Assembly: GCA_964019425.1 (NCBI GenBank)
Contig: OZ025796.1
Coordinates: forward strand, 496,001 to 560,000
Source: Flectonema sp. DT1601
Lineage: Eukaryota
Length of the DNA stretch: 64,000 bases
Reading direction: 5' to 3'
Shown here: in pieces, positions 48,164 to 60,959 of the stretch
How positions within the stretch are numbered: the first letter of the stretch is position 1
Layout: each line of letters starts with the position of its first letter
Notes under the pieces: generated by a model
What the model was told of the DNA's origin: nothing
Seen by the model: the letters and a program-made list of their open reading frames with translations, nothing else
The model's database searches: none
Made by a program: the position numbers and the translations under genes

Positions 48164-49054
48164 ATGAGTAATAAACACCTCCCAGCTATTCTTCGAGAGG
48201 CTGGTAGCAGTCTAAGTGACTTAGATAAGAAGGCGCTAGAAGTCCATTCTTCTCTCATTGAAGAAGGTTACGAATCGTGTGATAGCAGTCATACCGTACT
48301 GAAGACTACAAGACTGTCTGATGGATGGAAGGATGGAGGGTGTTATTGCTTTTATTATCGTCATCCAAAGTCTGCGTTTTACTTTATAGCAAAAGTCGTA
48401 GAAATAGGCGGCAGTTTAGTAACGTTGATGGACTCTGGAGAAGGTTCAGTAAAACAAAATGTTACCAAACTGGGAGGTGATGATAACCTGAGTGGTGGAA
48501 TAAAATTATTATCTAAAGAGGTCTTATCACCGGGAAACATTGCGAAACCGATGTCGTCATTTCCTGAGAGGTTACCACAAAGAGGACCAGATGTTCCACA
48601 TTATTCTCAACCATCTCAAGGACAACGTATTGATCCTCTTCGTGACTATGGACGAGGTGATCTCTTTGGTGGTACTGGGGGAGGTAATGTCATTGGACCT
48701 AACGCGTTCAACTCCAGACAAGATCCCCGAAATGGTTTTATTGATCCTTCTTCAGGTAGACTGGTGTGTGCAGTTATTTAATAATACGAAACTAAAAGGA
48801 ATGCAAAATAACAAAAAACAAAAAAACAGTTTCCAGGACATCCCCCAGGTGCTCGATTTGATCCCGTAGGTCCGGCGGCTGGAACTCCCGACCCGGATTT
48901 ATTCTATGGTGGTGGCGACTTTCCTGGCATCTCTGGACCAGGAAATATGTTTGGGAGAGGTAACGGTGGTAGCGGAGGAGGTGCTGGCGGCGGCATGGGA
49001 ATGGGAGGTGGCGGCGGCATGGGAATGGGAGGGCTCCCGGGGATGTACATGTGA
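48164..49054 (+). CDS. PI31: Proteasome regulator PI31, ~274 aa
   Basis: Exons 48164-48763 and 48830-49054 (intron 48764-48829). FP-domain-like N-terminus, YGRGDL, GNVIGP and PPGARFDPVGP motifs, a Gly-rich tail, and the C-terminal HbYX motif MYM*. Confidence 0.88.
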
Positions 49055-49293
49055 TCGGCTTCAAGAAAAAGAGAGAATAGTTCCTAACTATGAGTAGACT
49101 ATGTGATGTAAGGTTTGTTAAATATTGATTTGACTTCTGGAAATATCTCAGAGCTGACTGGAAGAGTCGAAGAAAGGTTTTTTATTTTTTGATCGAAACT
49201 TATTATTTATTTGATGTCCTCGCAATTCATTTAATTTATCTAACTCTCCAATCTAAATACCAACTAAGGGGAAGGGGAAGGAAATATTAAATA

Positions 49294-50993
49294 GAGATTT
49301 TCGCTATTGGGGGGTCCAATAATTCCATTTTCGCTATTCAGTAAAAGAATTTTTTTTTTTTTCGCTGTTCACTGAATATGATAATTTTTTTTCGCTATTC
49401 ACTGAAAGTGATAATTTTTTTTCTCCATTCAGTAACAAAAAAAAAAAAATTTTCGCTGTTCATGAAAAAAAAAAAAAAAAAAAATTCAAAAAAAAAAAAA
49501 AAAAAAAATTGGCACTTTTTTTGCCCACCAAAATATCCTTGAACATTTTCATACAAATCTGTGAATAAATGGAAAAAAATAAGGAGGCGTTAAAGCTCTC
49601 CGCCAGGTTGGAACGACTTTTTCATCGCTGTGTCGAGGCCTTTCTGCTGGTCTGACATCAGTGCATACCCGTCGAAAAAATCTTCACCAAGCGATTTTCC
49701 CCACTACGTGGCTTGTCTTAAACCCCTTCCCGAAGAACAAGAAGCGAGGGTTACCCTCGCGCGAAGTGCATCAAAGGATTGAAAGGTTCCCTCAATACTA
49801 GGTCTTGTGTCAGCCAAAGCTGAGGCAGGCTGAGTTTCAGTGGCAGCAGGTTGAGTTTCAACTATGTTTCCGGGCATCTTAGAGATTGAGAATAAGAGTT
49901 CGTAGTAAAAGAGTAAAAGCCTAGAGAGACAGAAAAACGTTTATGATTAGGAACTTGTACGTTTTACCGAACGAAGCATCGTAGCCGACCAGTTTCCTTC
50001 GAGAATCCGCAGATGGTGCAGGGCTAAACCGAGATGAGGAAGATAACACCCGCACACGGATGTTGAGATAACGTTTGTATGATGTTCATCTGGCTTGACG
50101 AGATTAGCAAAGACAAGTACTCACGGAAAGGTTGGGTTGTTCGTCAGGTCCTGATAGTGTGCTCAGCCTCTGAAAAATTTACTGAGTGCATGCAAAGAAC
50201 GGTATGTGTGCAGGGCTGGGTCACCTTACAGAGAACTGTTGTCCTCTTACACGTCATTCCAACCGAATTTCAAAGTCAAGACACCTGCGAGTTACAGACA
50301 GCCTGGTCGCAAGCGACACTCCTGTTTCTGACCGGGTTATCAGGGTATCTAACTCATGCAAGCATGAGAGCTTTTTTAAGGCTACTTTGAATTATCAAGA
50401 GCGCAGTACTGCCCGAAGGGTTCCCGCGTGTCAAGATGCATTTGCATGTACTGAGCAGAAGTTCCAGAAAGATTACTTTTATCATTTCCCAAGTCATCAC
50501 ATCTTTGACCGTTTGTGTTATTGGCTTTCAATCAATCCATTATCATAAATTCACAGATGAGTGTGCTGAATAGAAAGTAAAACGGCACAAAGCTTTTGTC
50601 CAAGTGACAAAAAAAATTGTTCAAGGTACCAGCATGTTCCCAGGAAAGAAGAAAAAGGAAAAAAAAAAAAAAAAAAAAAAAAAGGGGGAAAAAAAATTTT
50701 TTTTGGCAGTGGAAAAAGTTGTAACTTGTAGTGAACAGCGAAAAAAAATTTGCAACTTGTAGTGAATAGCGAAAAAAAAATTATAACTTGTAGTGAATAG
50801 CGAAAAAAAAATTTCAACTTCTAGCGAATAGCGAAAAAAAATTTGTAACTTGTAGTGAACAGCGAAAAAAAAAATTTTCTTTTACTGAACGGCGAAAAAA
50901 AATTATCACTTCTAGTGAACAGCGAAAAAAAAGTTACTGCTTTTAGTGAATAGCGAAAATGACATTATCAGGCACCCCAATAGCGAAAATCTC
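49294..50993. mobile_element. Non-autonomous Mutator-like (MULE/foldback-type) DNA transposon, 1,700 bp
   Basis: Terminal inverted repeats GAGATTTTCGCTATTGGGG (49294) and CCCCAATAGCGAAAATCTC (ending 50993). Identical 9-bp flanks TATTAAATA at 49285-49293 and 50994-51002. Subterminal arrays of TTTTCGCT(A/G)TTCA on the left and TGAA(T/C)AGCGAAAA on the right. No intact transposase. Confidence 0.9.
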
Positions 50994-51328
50994 TATTAAA
51001 TAATTCACCCTCAGTGATAACTGTTTGTTTACAAGAAGGCGTGTGATTACTAAAAGTGAACTGTTTTTTTGAATGAGTTCTAAAGTAAGTAAGAGATGGT
51101 TAGTCAGCCAGCAGCAGTTGCTTGCCTCCCTGCTAGCTGTTCCATCGCACACCCCCTCAGATGCTGTAACTGGTATCAAATTATAATTATGTTGTGTGAT
51201 ATACTTTAAAAGACTTTATTAACCCCCCGTCAGAATGTCTGAAGTATGTGTAAGTGATGTTGACTGTTGTTTCCTTTTTTATATTATAAAAGTTATTATT
51301 TACCTTCTTAAACAGTCGTCATTCCGCC

Positions 51329-53682
51329 ATGTCGGAACCAGTGGTCGCATTAATCGAGCGAAGAGTACTTTATCGACATGGACTGACAGCTGGAGTAGCA
51401 GGCTGCCCACCTGGTGCGATTTTATTAACGAGAAAACGAAGACATAAAGCCAACGGAACAGCTTCAGAAAAAAATGGAACTTCCTGTAAAGATCCAACAC
51501 GACCAGCACCTGGAACAGAATTGTGTGAAGACGAGGCGATTGAAAAATTAATGAAATGGAAAGTTACGAAAGGTGTTGACACCGGATTGGAAAATAGATC
51601 AGTGACATGTTATATTAATGCTAGTCTTCAGTGTCTTGCTCACACCGCACCATTAGCTAATTATTTATCCACATACAAATCTAATCATAAAGGTGCTGGT
51701 GTCGATTGGTTATTATTATTATCAAACATAACAAAACACTCAACGAATCCATCGAGAAAAAGATCAGTCATCCATCCAACAGAGTTCTCTGTTAACCTAC
51801 GACGGTTATCGTCAACGTTTAGAAAGGGTCGTTTGGAAGATGCTCAGGAGTTCACTTCTTTCTTATTAGATGCTTGTCACATGTGTCAATTACGTGTGTA
51901 TGGAGACAAGAAAGATCCACTGGTTCAGGAAACAACACCGATTCGTAAAATATTTGGAGGATTTTACTTGTCGAAGGTATCGTGGAATAAAGAAGAGGAA
52001 TTGCAGTTGCTGTCTCAAAAGAAAAATTCGAAAATATCAAACGACGTTCGGGTATCTGACCCAATGTCAGCAACATACGAACCCTTTACGATTCTAGCAC
52101 TCGAGTTAGTGGGAGGAGATGTGTACAGATGCTTACAAAATTTTACTAAATCGGAACCATTAGATGGCGACAATAAATACTTAACTCCCTCTGGAGTTAA
52201 AGTATCAGCAAGTAAACGACTAACGGTATTTAGAGGTCCGAGAATTCTTACTCTACATCTAAAACGGTTCATCTCAAACATGTGGGGAGAGACTCGCAAA
52301 CATAATAAGTTTGTTTCCTTTCCATTAGAATTAGATATGAATCAATACTCTTCATCACCAACTGGTTCAGGTGATAATTTAATATACGACCTGTACGCTG
52401 TACTTGTCCATCTTGGAAGAGGATTACAAACAGGTCACTACATCTCTTTTGTAAAAGCTAGTAACGGAATGTGGTATATATTAGATGATGAATCTGTTCG
52501 TCAGATATCAGAGTCTGATGTTCTAAAGCAAAACGCTTACTTACTTTGCTACCAACGAAGAGAGAATGTCACTCCTGTGAAAGCACAGAGTCAGAAAGAT
52601 CAAAATGGAGTTGTGTTGAGTAAACGTCAACGGATATTAGAGGAAAAGAGAAAGGCTGATGTTGGTGTAGATTCAACTTCCAATTCCATAAAGCGTCCGA
52701 AACCAGCTGAAAAGTCTAACGGGGTGATGAATGTTAACTCCCCCCAACCCTCCCTCAATGTGAGCCAAAACGGTATTTCGAACGGTGAAGCTGAGAAGAG
52801 CGCCCCACCTAAGTCCCCAAATAACCAGCCTGACGTTGCGTTGAAAAAGAAGAAGGTGGCTGGGGCGAAAAAGGTTGTGAAAAAAATAATCAAAAAATCT
52901 AAAAAGAAACCGAGATACGAAAGTGCTCTTCTCAACCAGTCGACGGCATTCGAAATGCCAGACGACAAAGAGAAGTATTGGGCTGACGTTCATAAGGAGA
53001 TTGCTGAAGAAATGAATGGAAACAAAAATGGAGCAAGCGATTCAGAAGACGGAGCTGTGGGACAGCAATTCCAGACGGACATACGCAACTCCGCACCTGT
53101 TGAAGAAACTCCAGCACCACCACCATCCCAATCTCAGCCTCAACCACAAAATACTACTACTGCCAAGGACCCCATCCTCCGAGCCACCCAGGAAGTCTCA
53201 TCTCACAGGGCCTCTGCGCATCTGGTTGCCACCGCCTCATCGAAAAATATGACGTGGGATGGGATTGATCATGGCGCTCGTAATGAACTTCTTAGAAAGC
53301 AAAATCACGTTCGAAAGAAGACAGTCAAGGAGATCGTATGTCACTTTATTTACATTTTCCAATCACAAGAATCTTCAATTCATCAAAATTGTGTTTTCAT
53401 TTTTAATCACATTCATCACAAAATAAAATAACAAACAAACAGCTCAAAAATGAACAAGATCGCGCCATGGATATGGGTAAAAAGGCACGAGGCCCAAAGA
53501 AGGCAAAGGGAGGACTGGCGGCCAACCACAACGCCTTCCAGAAGGGATCTGAAGCCAAGGAACAAGACGTGGCGACACAAAAGAAAGAGATGGCTGAAGG
53601 TACATATGTTCCAAAGGGGAAATCTGATCGTGCAAAGAAAAAGCTTTCGATGCACATGAGAGCAGAGAAGCAGTTTAACTAA
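51329..53682 (+). CDS. Ubiquitin-specific protease of the USP36/USP42 (nucleolar) type, ~748 aa
   Basis: Exons 51329-53335 and 53443-53682 (intron 53336-53442). Cys box GLENRSVTCYINASLQCL, EDAQEF, LTLHLKRF, His box YDLYAVLVHLG...GHY...WYILDD...AYLLCY, and a basic tail with D..MD.GK. Confidence 0.88.
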
Positions 53683-54819
53683 AATATGAGAAACTACTTA
53701 CCGAGGAGGGCTTCTGCTGCTTATGTCTCAACAGCATCAGCTGTCGACAAATAATCTTTTTTTTTACTCTGAGTTGTTTTAATTCGTTATCATACCTCTT
53801 TAGTCCCATCGTGTGAATGGGAGGTAACTCTCCTTGGGGTCCTTTTTTATTTACAATTATTGTGTGATTGTTGAGCAAAACACATTCCTTTTTCTTATCA
53901 TATTGTTATTCGGTTTTTAAAAAAAAAATTTCCCCCTCTCGTTATGTATTACTATTTCAGTAAGAAGGACAATTAACAAAATGAGTATAGCCTGCTCTAA
54001 ATCTTTTTTTTTTTTTTTTTTTTTTTTTTTTGTTTGTGTTTTTAAAACTCTCTGGGTATCAATTACGCATCTGATCGAAGATTGTTTGTTTGGTTCTTCT
54101 GTTTTTTTTTTTACTAATTTCTTTTTTTTCTGTTTTTTTTCATAAGAATCTAAACGGGGGGTGAAAAAAAAAAAAATTTTTTTTTTTGTTTGTGCGCAAC
54201 CGGTACAAGATCCTAATAATCAATATGTTAATTACGCTGCCACAATTCTCTTTCTACAGAACTACAGGTTTGTAGGTACGAAAAAAAAAAAAAAAAAAAA
54301 AAAAAAATCGCTTGCGATCATCTAGCTGAGAATGGGAGTTTACGTTCTGCCCAACATTTTTTTTTTTTTTTTGCGTATTTTTCAAGTTGGGCGGGATCGT
54401 AAACCTCTCGTAGCCATTCAACATTTTCTCAGTTTTAATGTACATTTAATGCCACACATGATGTTTAGTTTTATCTCATCAAAAGGGATTTCTGTTTATT
54501 AAATTAAGGCTCAAGACTTGCTTGTTGAACTTTTGGAGAAAAGAGAGAAGAGAAGGAAGAAACAAACAAAGACAAGAAAGAAAAAAAAAGAAAGAAATCT
54601 TTTCTGTTATCGTCAATTTCGTCATCACAAAATCTGTTCAGAGATTCGTCAGGTTCGACAGCTCAGGTTGTTATTATTATTTTTTCTGCATCACACCCCT
54701 CCTTCCATATTATTCTTATCAAAAACTTATGTATGTGTTGGGATTAACTACGTGAGGCAAATATATGTAGTTACTGATACTCAAAGCAGATTATTATTCA
54801 TTCTCGACAGGTAACCCTC

Positions 54820-57800
54820 ATGAGCCTACATGAGTCCGCAGCTGTTTACCTCACTGACACACAATGTGATAAGTTGAATATTCCTCAAGTGACTAAGAAG
54901 AAAATAAAACAATCTCCTAACCATCATCAAAACAGAGTTAAGATTTCAACAACTGGAGGAAGTGGTGGAGGAAAACGTAAAAAGAACGGATCGCCACTAC
55001 CTCCAATAAGAAGAAGTCCTCCTTCATTAGATTCTGTTGGTCGATGTATTGCTCCAAGACCTACGAGTAAGAAACTTGTTAACAATTTAATAAATCAATG
55101 TGCGTTAAGAACTCTCATATACGCAAAGATGCCTCACAATCAGATGTGGCAAACACCACAGTTGTTACAACCATCTCTGATCGTTGATGGACAGAATCAG
55201 TCTGCTCAAGAAATCATTCAGGCTGACACTTTGAGTCTCATTCAAAAACGAACTGTTGCAGGGGAAAGCTACATCGACTTATCAGAAAGTGGTTTATCAG
55301 ACACCAGTATGATTGTCTTGGGTAGCGTTCTTCAATCACATCCAACGATCTCAATTATAAACTTAGAAGGGAATCCTAATATCACTGATGCCTCTGCTGA
55401 TATTCTTCTTCAAGTCATTGCTTTGAATACTAACCTTGTGCAGGTTCATCTTTCTAATACGGGGATTTCAAAATCGACTGTTGACCTCATTCACTCTACA
55501 TGTGATCAGCACTGCCTTGCTAAGATCGACATCGAAGAAAAACGACAACGAAAAAGACTCCGAAAGGCGCATCAAAAATGGAATCGATCCCGCGAAAGGC
55601 AAGTCTCCGAAATCTTCGACGATGAAAAGGAATCCAGAGCTCGGATTCGAACTGAACGAGTTGAAGCTCTCGCATCGCTCAAAAACGATTTTCAGAAATC
55701 CTACTTAACTATTGAGCGGAAGGAGCTTCGCTTAGTTTTAAGAAAGAAACGGCAGCAGGTATGCTTTGATAAATTTAACACCCATCTTCTGACCTCTCTT
55801 TTTTTTAAGTAACAACAACAACAACAACAACAACCAGGATCGACAACAGCTTGACAGCGTTTGTACACTTGGCCGTCATCAAGTTATTGTGTTGGAACAA
55901 GAGAGTCGTCTTGTTGTTGAGGAAGCACTTGAGTTCTCAACTCGAGGTTTAATTTATAGCGAGCAGTATAACTACAGAACTGAATTAAAGAAGTCGGAAA
56001 ACAGTGATTGGATACTACAACGACGAGCTGAGAAGAATCGTCAAAAACACGAAGCCACTCAGCGAATGACCATCGAATCTCAAGAAGCTGAATTCAGAAC
56101 TAATATTCAAACTTCACAAGACACAGCTGCTATTAGACTTCAACAAGAAGACAATGATTCTCAGATTTATTATCGAGGTAAACTCCAAGAGAGAATCGAA
56201 ATGGAGCAGGCTGAAGAGTGGAAACGAAAACAAGAAGAAATAAGAGTGGAGACTGAAAAGCAGTGGAAGAAAGACAGAGAAATCAGAGAAGCTGCCCGAC
56301 GTGAAACCGAACGTCAACGAGAACGCGAGAAAGAAATGCGAGTTGAACATGTAAAGAGAGTTTCTATAGAAAAAGAAGAAGAGAAGAAACGAGATTTATA
56401 CAACGAGCTTCTGACTCTAGACAGAAGAGTTGCCAAGGCGAGGGAATCAGTTGGTAAGAGTGAACGAGCTCGAACTGCTCTATACGCGTGTGCTCCTTCA
56501 CTAAAACTACACGCGGTGACTAATAACACTGTTCACTATCTCGGGGAATTTAATGGATTCTTACGAATTGCAAAGGAGGATTCTGCTTCTGTCACTTTAG
56601 AAGGCATCCTAGCGGACCACACTCGTTGGAAAGATGCTGAGAAAGTCAGTAAAGAGACTCGCAGTAAACTCTGCAGCGAAGTTGCGGAAGTTGAAAAAAC
56701 CTTGCGGACTAGAAGTATTGAACTCGCACCAATCCAACACCCAGAGTTGAATGTTCCCGTCTCAATGAAGGTCAGTACTCTGTCACCAAGTCCTCATCAA
56801 AAAGGAGGAAATAACAGCTCCATGAGGAGAAGACTTTCATACGAAAGAGAAAAAGATTTAGAACTTCAAAAGAAGGTTGATGAAGCTTTACAAGAAGGAA
56901 ATGCTTTAGTTTGGCACGAATCTTCGAAATTACAATTCAACGATCCCCCCTCATACGATGAGGCTCGAACAACGAAAGGTGAAATCCTGGGAGGTGATAT
57001 TCAAGTTGAGCTACTCGGACACGAAGAACTCCAACCATTTGATAGACTTTCTATTAGTAATGTTGAAATCTCAGGTAATAAAGTTTCTACTCCAGTTGAA
57101 GAATTCGCAACACTCGACGACATAAATCAATTGTTAGGCAGCATGAGATATAAATGCACGGCTTTGAATCAAATATGTGCCACGAGAATTGCTCGCATTT
57201 CTGTGAAGCTTCGCATGCGACATATCGACTCTTCCCCAGGGGGTGGAGTTATCTCTTCTCAAGGGGCGATAACTTCTAACAATCCGTTTACGGATGTGGT
57301 TGAGGTTGAGGCCACAGCTGAATGCAGATTATTAGTTAATCCTCCTCTCATTCATATTCCTAAAGAGTTTCGTATTATAACATACGTTGAGGATACTTCT
57401 TTAGATAAAGGAGCGTTAGTGACAGACGTATCTGTTAGTGAAGTTCCCTGGAGAGTAGCTCATCCGGAACAAGTTGACAATAGTTCAGATGGTCTCACTG
57501 TCGCAGAAGAAAACGCATTATACGGAGTGTGTTCTTATAACGGTGGTTGTTTGATTATAAATTATTTAGCGAACTACAGTCCCGATGATGAAATAATTCT
57601 TCGCAGATACTTCGAAGATGACATTTCAATCAGCGCTGGGAAGTACCTCCACTACGGAGACAGAGGTGAGGGTCCGATTGTTGCTGAAGTCGAATCAGGA
57701 CAGTTGGTGACTCACAAAGAACGAGAAGAGAAAGGTGTCGTCGTCTCTAGTCAGGAGCTTAAGATTAGATTTACATCAGATCTTTGTAAGGCTAATTTTG

Positions 57801-60564
57801 TAGTTAAACTATTGAAAAGGCTTCGATATGTAAATGTATCTCAGAACCCTTCTGTTCTTCAACGAGAGTTAGGAATAACCCTTTGTCCTCCTGGTTCACA
57901 TTTAGGAAGTCAAGTTAGAATTGATATCGAAGTAGTGTCTGAAGATGATCCGACTTTACTCGAGTTGACCACCAGGAAGTTATTTTATCGTCCGATGGGA
58001 TCTCAATCTGTACCTGAACATCTCCGCTGTCATCTGAAGAAATCTGAACTCCCACTTTTTTATAATTGTCGGTTACTAGACCCGGACACTGTACATGTCA
58101 AAGGTGGTTCTATTAAAGTATCCTGCGTACAAGGATCTGGTAAAGGTGATAGTTTTGTACTTAGAGAAGATTCACTACTCGCAACTCAACAGGTTTGTAT
58201 TTCATTCTCTTCGTTTGTTGAAATAACAATTCGTTTCTTTAAAATAAAACAAAACTTAAAACAGATAAATGGAATCAGCGTTATCATTTACGACAAGCAG
58301 CCCGTGGCAAAGGTATTGGAGCATACTTCAGAAGTGTTGCAGGTGCAACTGTCATCGCTGGGCCACGGTTCGATTCCGTTCATCCAACATTTATTGAGAA
58401 ATATTGTTTACGTTAATACGCAATACAGTCCAGCTGAAAGTTGGAGGACATACGATCTGTCGATATATTTGGGACCATCAATTGACGTCCCATCGGAACC
58501 AGATGAAGGTAAGGACCTATCCATCTACATTGTTGAGGACACAGGAAAGGATGAAGAGGAAGAAGGTGATCAACTTCTTGAAGACAAAGTAGAAGTCCGT
58601 CTTGCTATGGAATTGTTTGAAGTTGGTTCTCACTGGTCACTTGAATATAAAGAAGGAACAGGTGCTGTTCGACTTGCTCCTTTTGAAGTTTGTCCTGACC
58701 AGCAAGGGTTCGTTGAAAGTTATACAGACGGATACCTTCTAGTTGAAGTAACTCAAGGAGCAACAACAGATGATATTCTTAACCTCAGAGCTCCAGTTGC
58801 TGGAAAGGATGGCGAGATGAAAATAACCCTTCGTCCTGGCGTTGATACCATCGAAGACGAGCTCCTCGGTCCTTCAACTTTGGATCCAAAGACACCCCGA
58901 GGAGTCTCCCCAAGTGAGTCTTCCTTTAGTGAACCTCAACCAGAAGAATTAGCTCGGGACTCTTCTGGTTCAGAGATTCTCAATGGCAGTACGCAGTCTA
59001 ATCTCGAGGACGAACGCAATCTCAGAGATCGGGTTCGTACTAAAATCCAGCAGGCTATCAGCGTGAAGAGAGAACAACGTGATAACATGCTTCAACAAGC
59101 TAAACAAGATTTGAAGAAAATGGTACGACACGGAGTTGATGAACGAGCTGGTAAAGGAGAAGTAACCGTCTCGGATATTACAACTTCAGGTAAGAAGGTT
59201 GGAACGTTGATAATACAGCCGTCAAAGTTGTTAGTCAGGTTTGCTTCAAAGGGAGTCTCAAGAAAAGATGTCCTGGCGACTCTGAGACTTCTGACTTACG
59301 CAAATAGAAGTAACGTTCCTGACGTCCTTCAAAAGATTATTAGAATTAGTGTGAAAGACTCTGCTTTAGTACCAACTCAAGCTATTGTTGTTGTTGATAT
59401 TCAAGATATTGATGACGTTACTGAAATTAGATTGGCATCGTGTCGTCCGAAATTCAGACCCGGAATGAAAAAGATTCTCGACATGGGTTGTTATGCTTTA
59501 GCTGGGCTAAGACGAGCTGCTCTAACAGATCCCGACACGGAGTTCTTTGATGGAGGAAGTCTTGTTGTTGAGCTTGTTGGAGGAGGTACAAAAGGAGACA
59601 CTTTATCATTCATGACACCTGAACAACAACATGCTATTCGATTAGAAGCAAACGACTACTACAATGAAATGAAAACTCAACACCAACAGAATGAAACAGC
59701 TCCTATTTGGGATATTCCAATTTATGAAGGAACCTTTACTGTGAATGGTAAACAGATATTTGATAATGATTTCCTTATTGGAATATTAGACTATCCGAGA
59801 TGTAGTGCTCCAGGTTGTAACAACATCAGAGTACAGTTTACAAACAAACATCCTCAACCGTCAATTACTATTGCGATGGTTTCCTATGCTCTGAATTGCA
59901 TTGCGTACAACACTGCTTCTGATAGATTACAAAGTGGTCAGCGAACGTATTTAATTAAAGTTAAAGACGCTGAGAATCCCGTATGTTTTTTATTTTATTT
60001 ATATATTTTTTAATAAAATCAACGCGATACTAAAGATGAGATGATCTCAAATCACGAAAGGGTAGAAAAAAAAAAAAAAAACAGATGGAGGGTAAGATTA
60101 AATGCTTTGTTGATGTCTCAAAGCCATTGCTAAGTGTTGCCCCTGCTAAAGGTCCAAAGAAGGGACCTTGTAATGAACCCATATCAATTTTGGATAAATT
60201 TCAAACTTGTGTTGCTGAGGGAAAACCTCAATCAATGCTTCAACATGGAGCTACCTGTGTCAGTATTGTTGAAGGATTCGTTGAGGGAGACACACTCATT
60301 GCTGGAGCATCAGGGAATAATATAGTCGTGAAGGAAGGGAATATCATGTGGGGATTAGACTTTCTAGGTAAGATAACTATATCACAAAATAAAATTAGAG
60401 TAGAGCACAGTTGGGCTTCAAAACTAACTGCCAAAGCTTTACAGGCACTCTGTTCATCAGTTGTGTTGAAAGCAACAACACCAGGACAGCGAGTTGTCGA
60501 GTTTCTGGTGTCCGATGGTGTGGCTGATCCGAACTGCGTGAAGATCACCATCGCTGTTGGGTAG
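54820..60564 (+). CDS. Large (~1,829 aa) protein with RNI-like LRRs, a coiled coil and about 5-6 tandem beta-sandwich (cadherin-like/bacterial adhesin-like) repeats
   Basis: Exons 54820-55758, 55838-58192, 58265-59980 and 60085-60564 (introns 55759-55837, 58193-58264 and 59981-60084). LRRs IDLSESGLSD, INLEGNPNITD and VHLSNTGIS. Repeats end in LL(K/R)...Y.N....P....R and contain DPDT...GG. Confidence 0.75.
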
Positions 60565-60959
60565 GAAACCAACAGACGTTTTATTCTAACTACACTCTCT
60601 TCAGCATTTTACACTTTTTCTGTATCGACTCGCTTAACTGCCGAGTCTCTTATTCTCTTTTATCCCTTTTCTCCAAGACTGCTATCCCAATTCAAGTATC
60701 CCTCGAGGAGCACTTCTTTCTTGTTCGAACATATTCTGTTGATCTGTTTTTTCCAAAACGGTCATCGCATTCTTATTGCTGCATATGATGGTGATCTGAC
60801 AAGTTGGTTTATAATTAACTATTTTTTTTAAAAAATAGCTCAACAAAAAGAGGGGGTTTTGTGAAAGCATGTTAACAAGGTCACCCGTCGGTAGATTTAT
60901 ACACGCGATCGTAAATTACCTTTAACGTACAGATTGTATAAGAAATAAATAACAAAAAT

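Noticed and set aside
50079..50548. Plus-strand ORFs inside the MULE, including a CAGLGH...C zinc-knuckle-like string
   Set aside because: The CCHC spacing is incomplete, there are no transposase motifs, and the overlapping frames are of similar quality.
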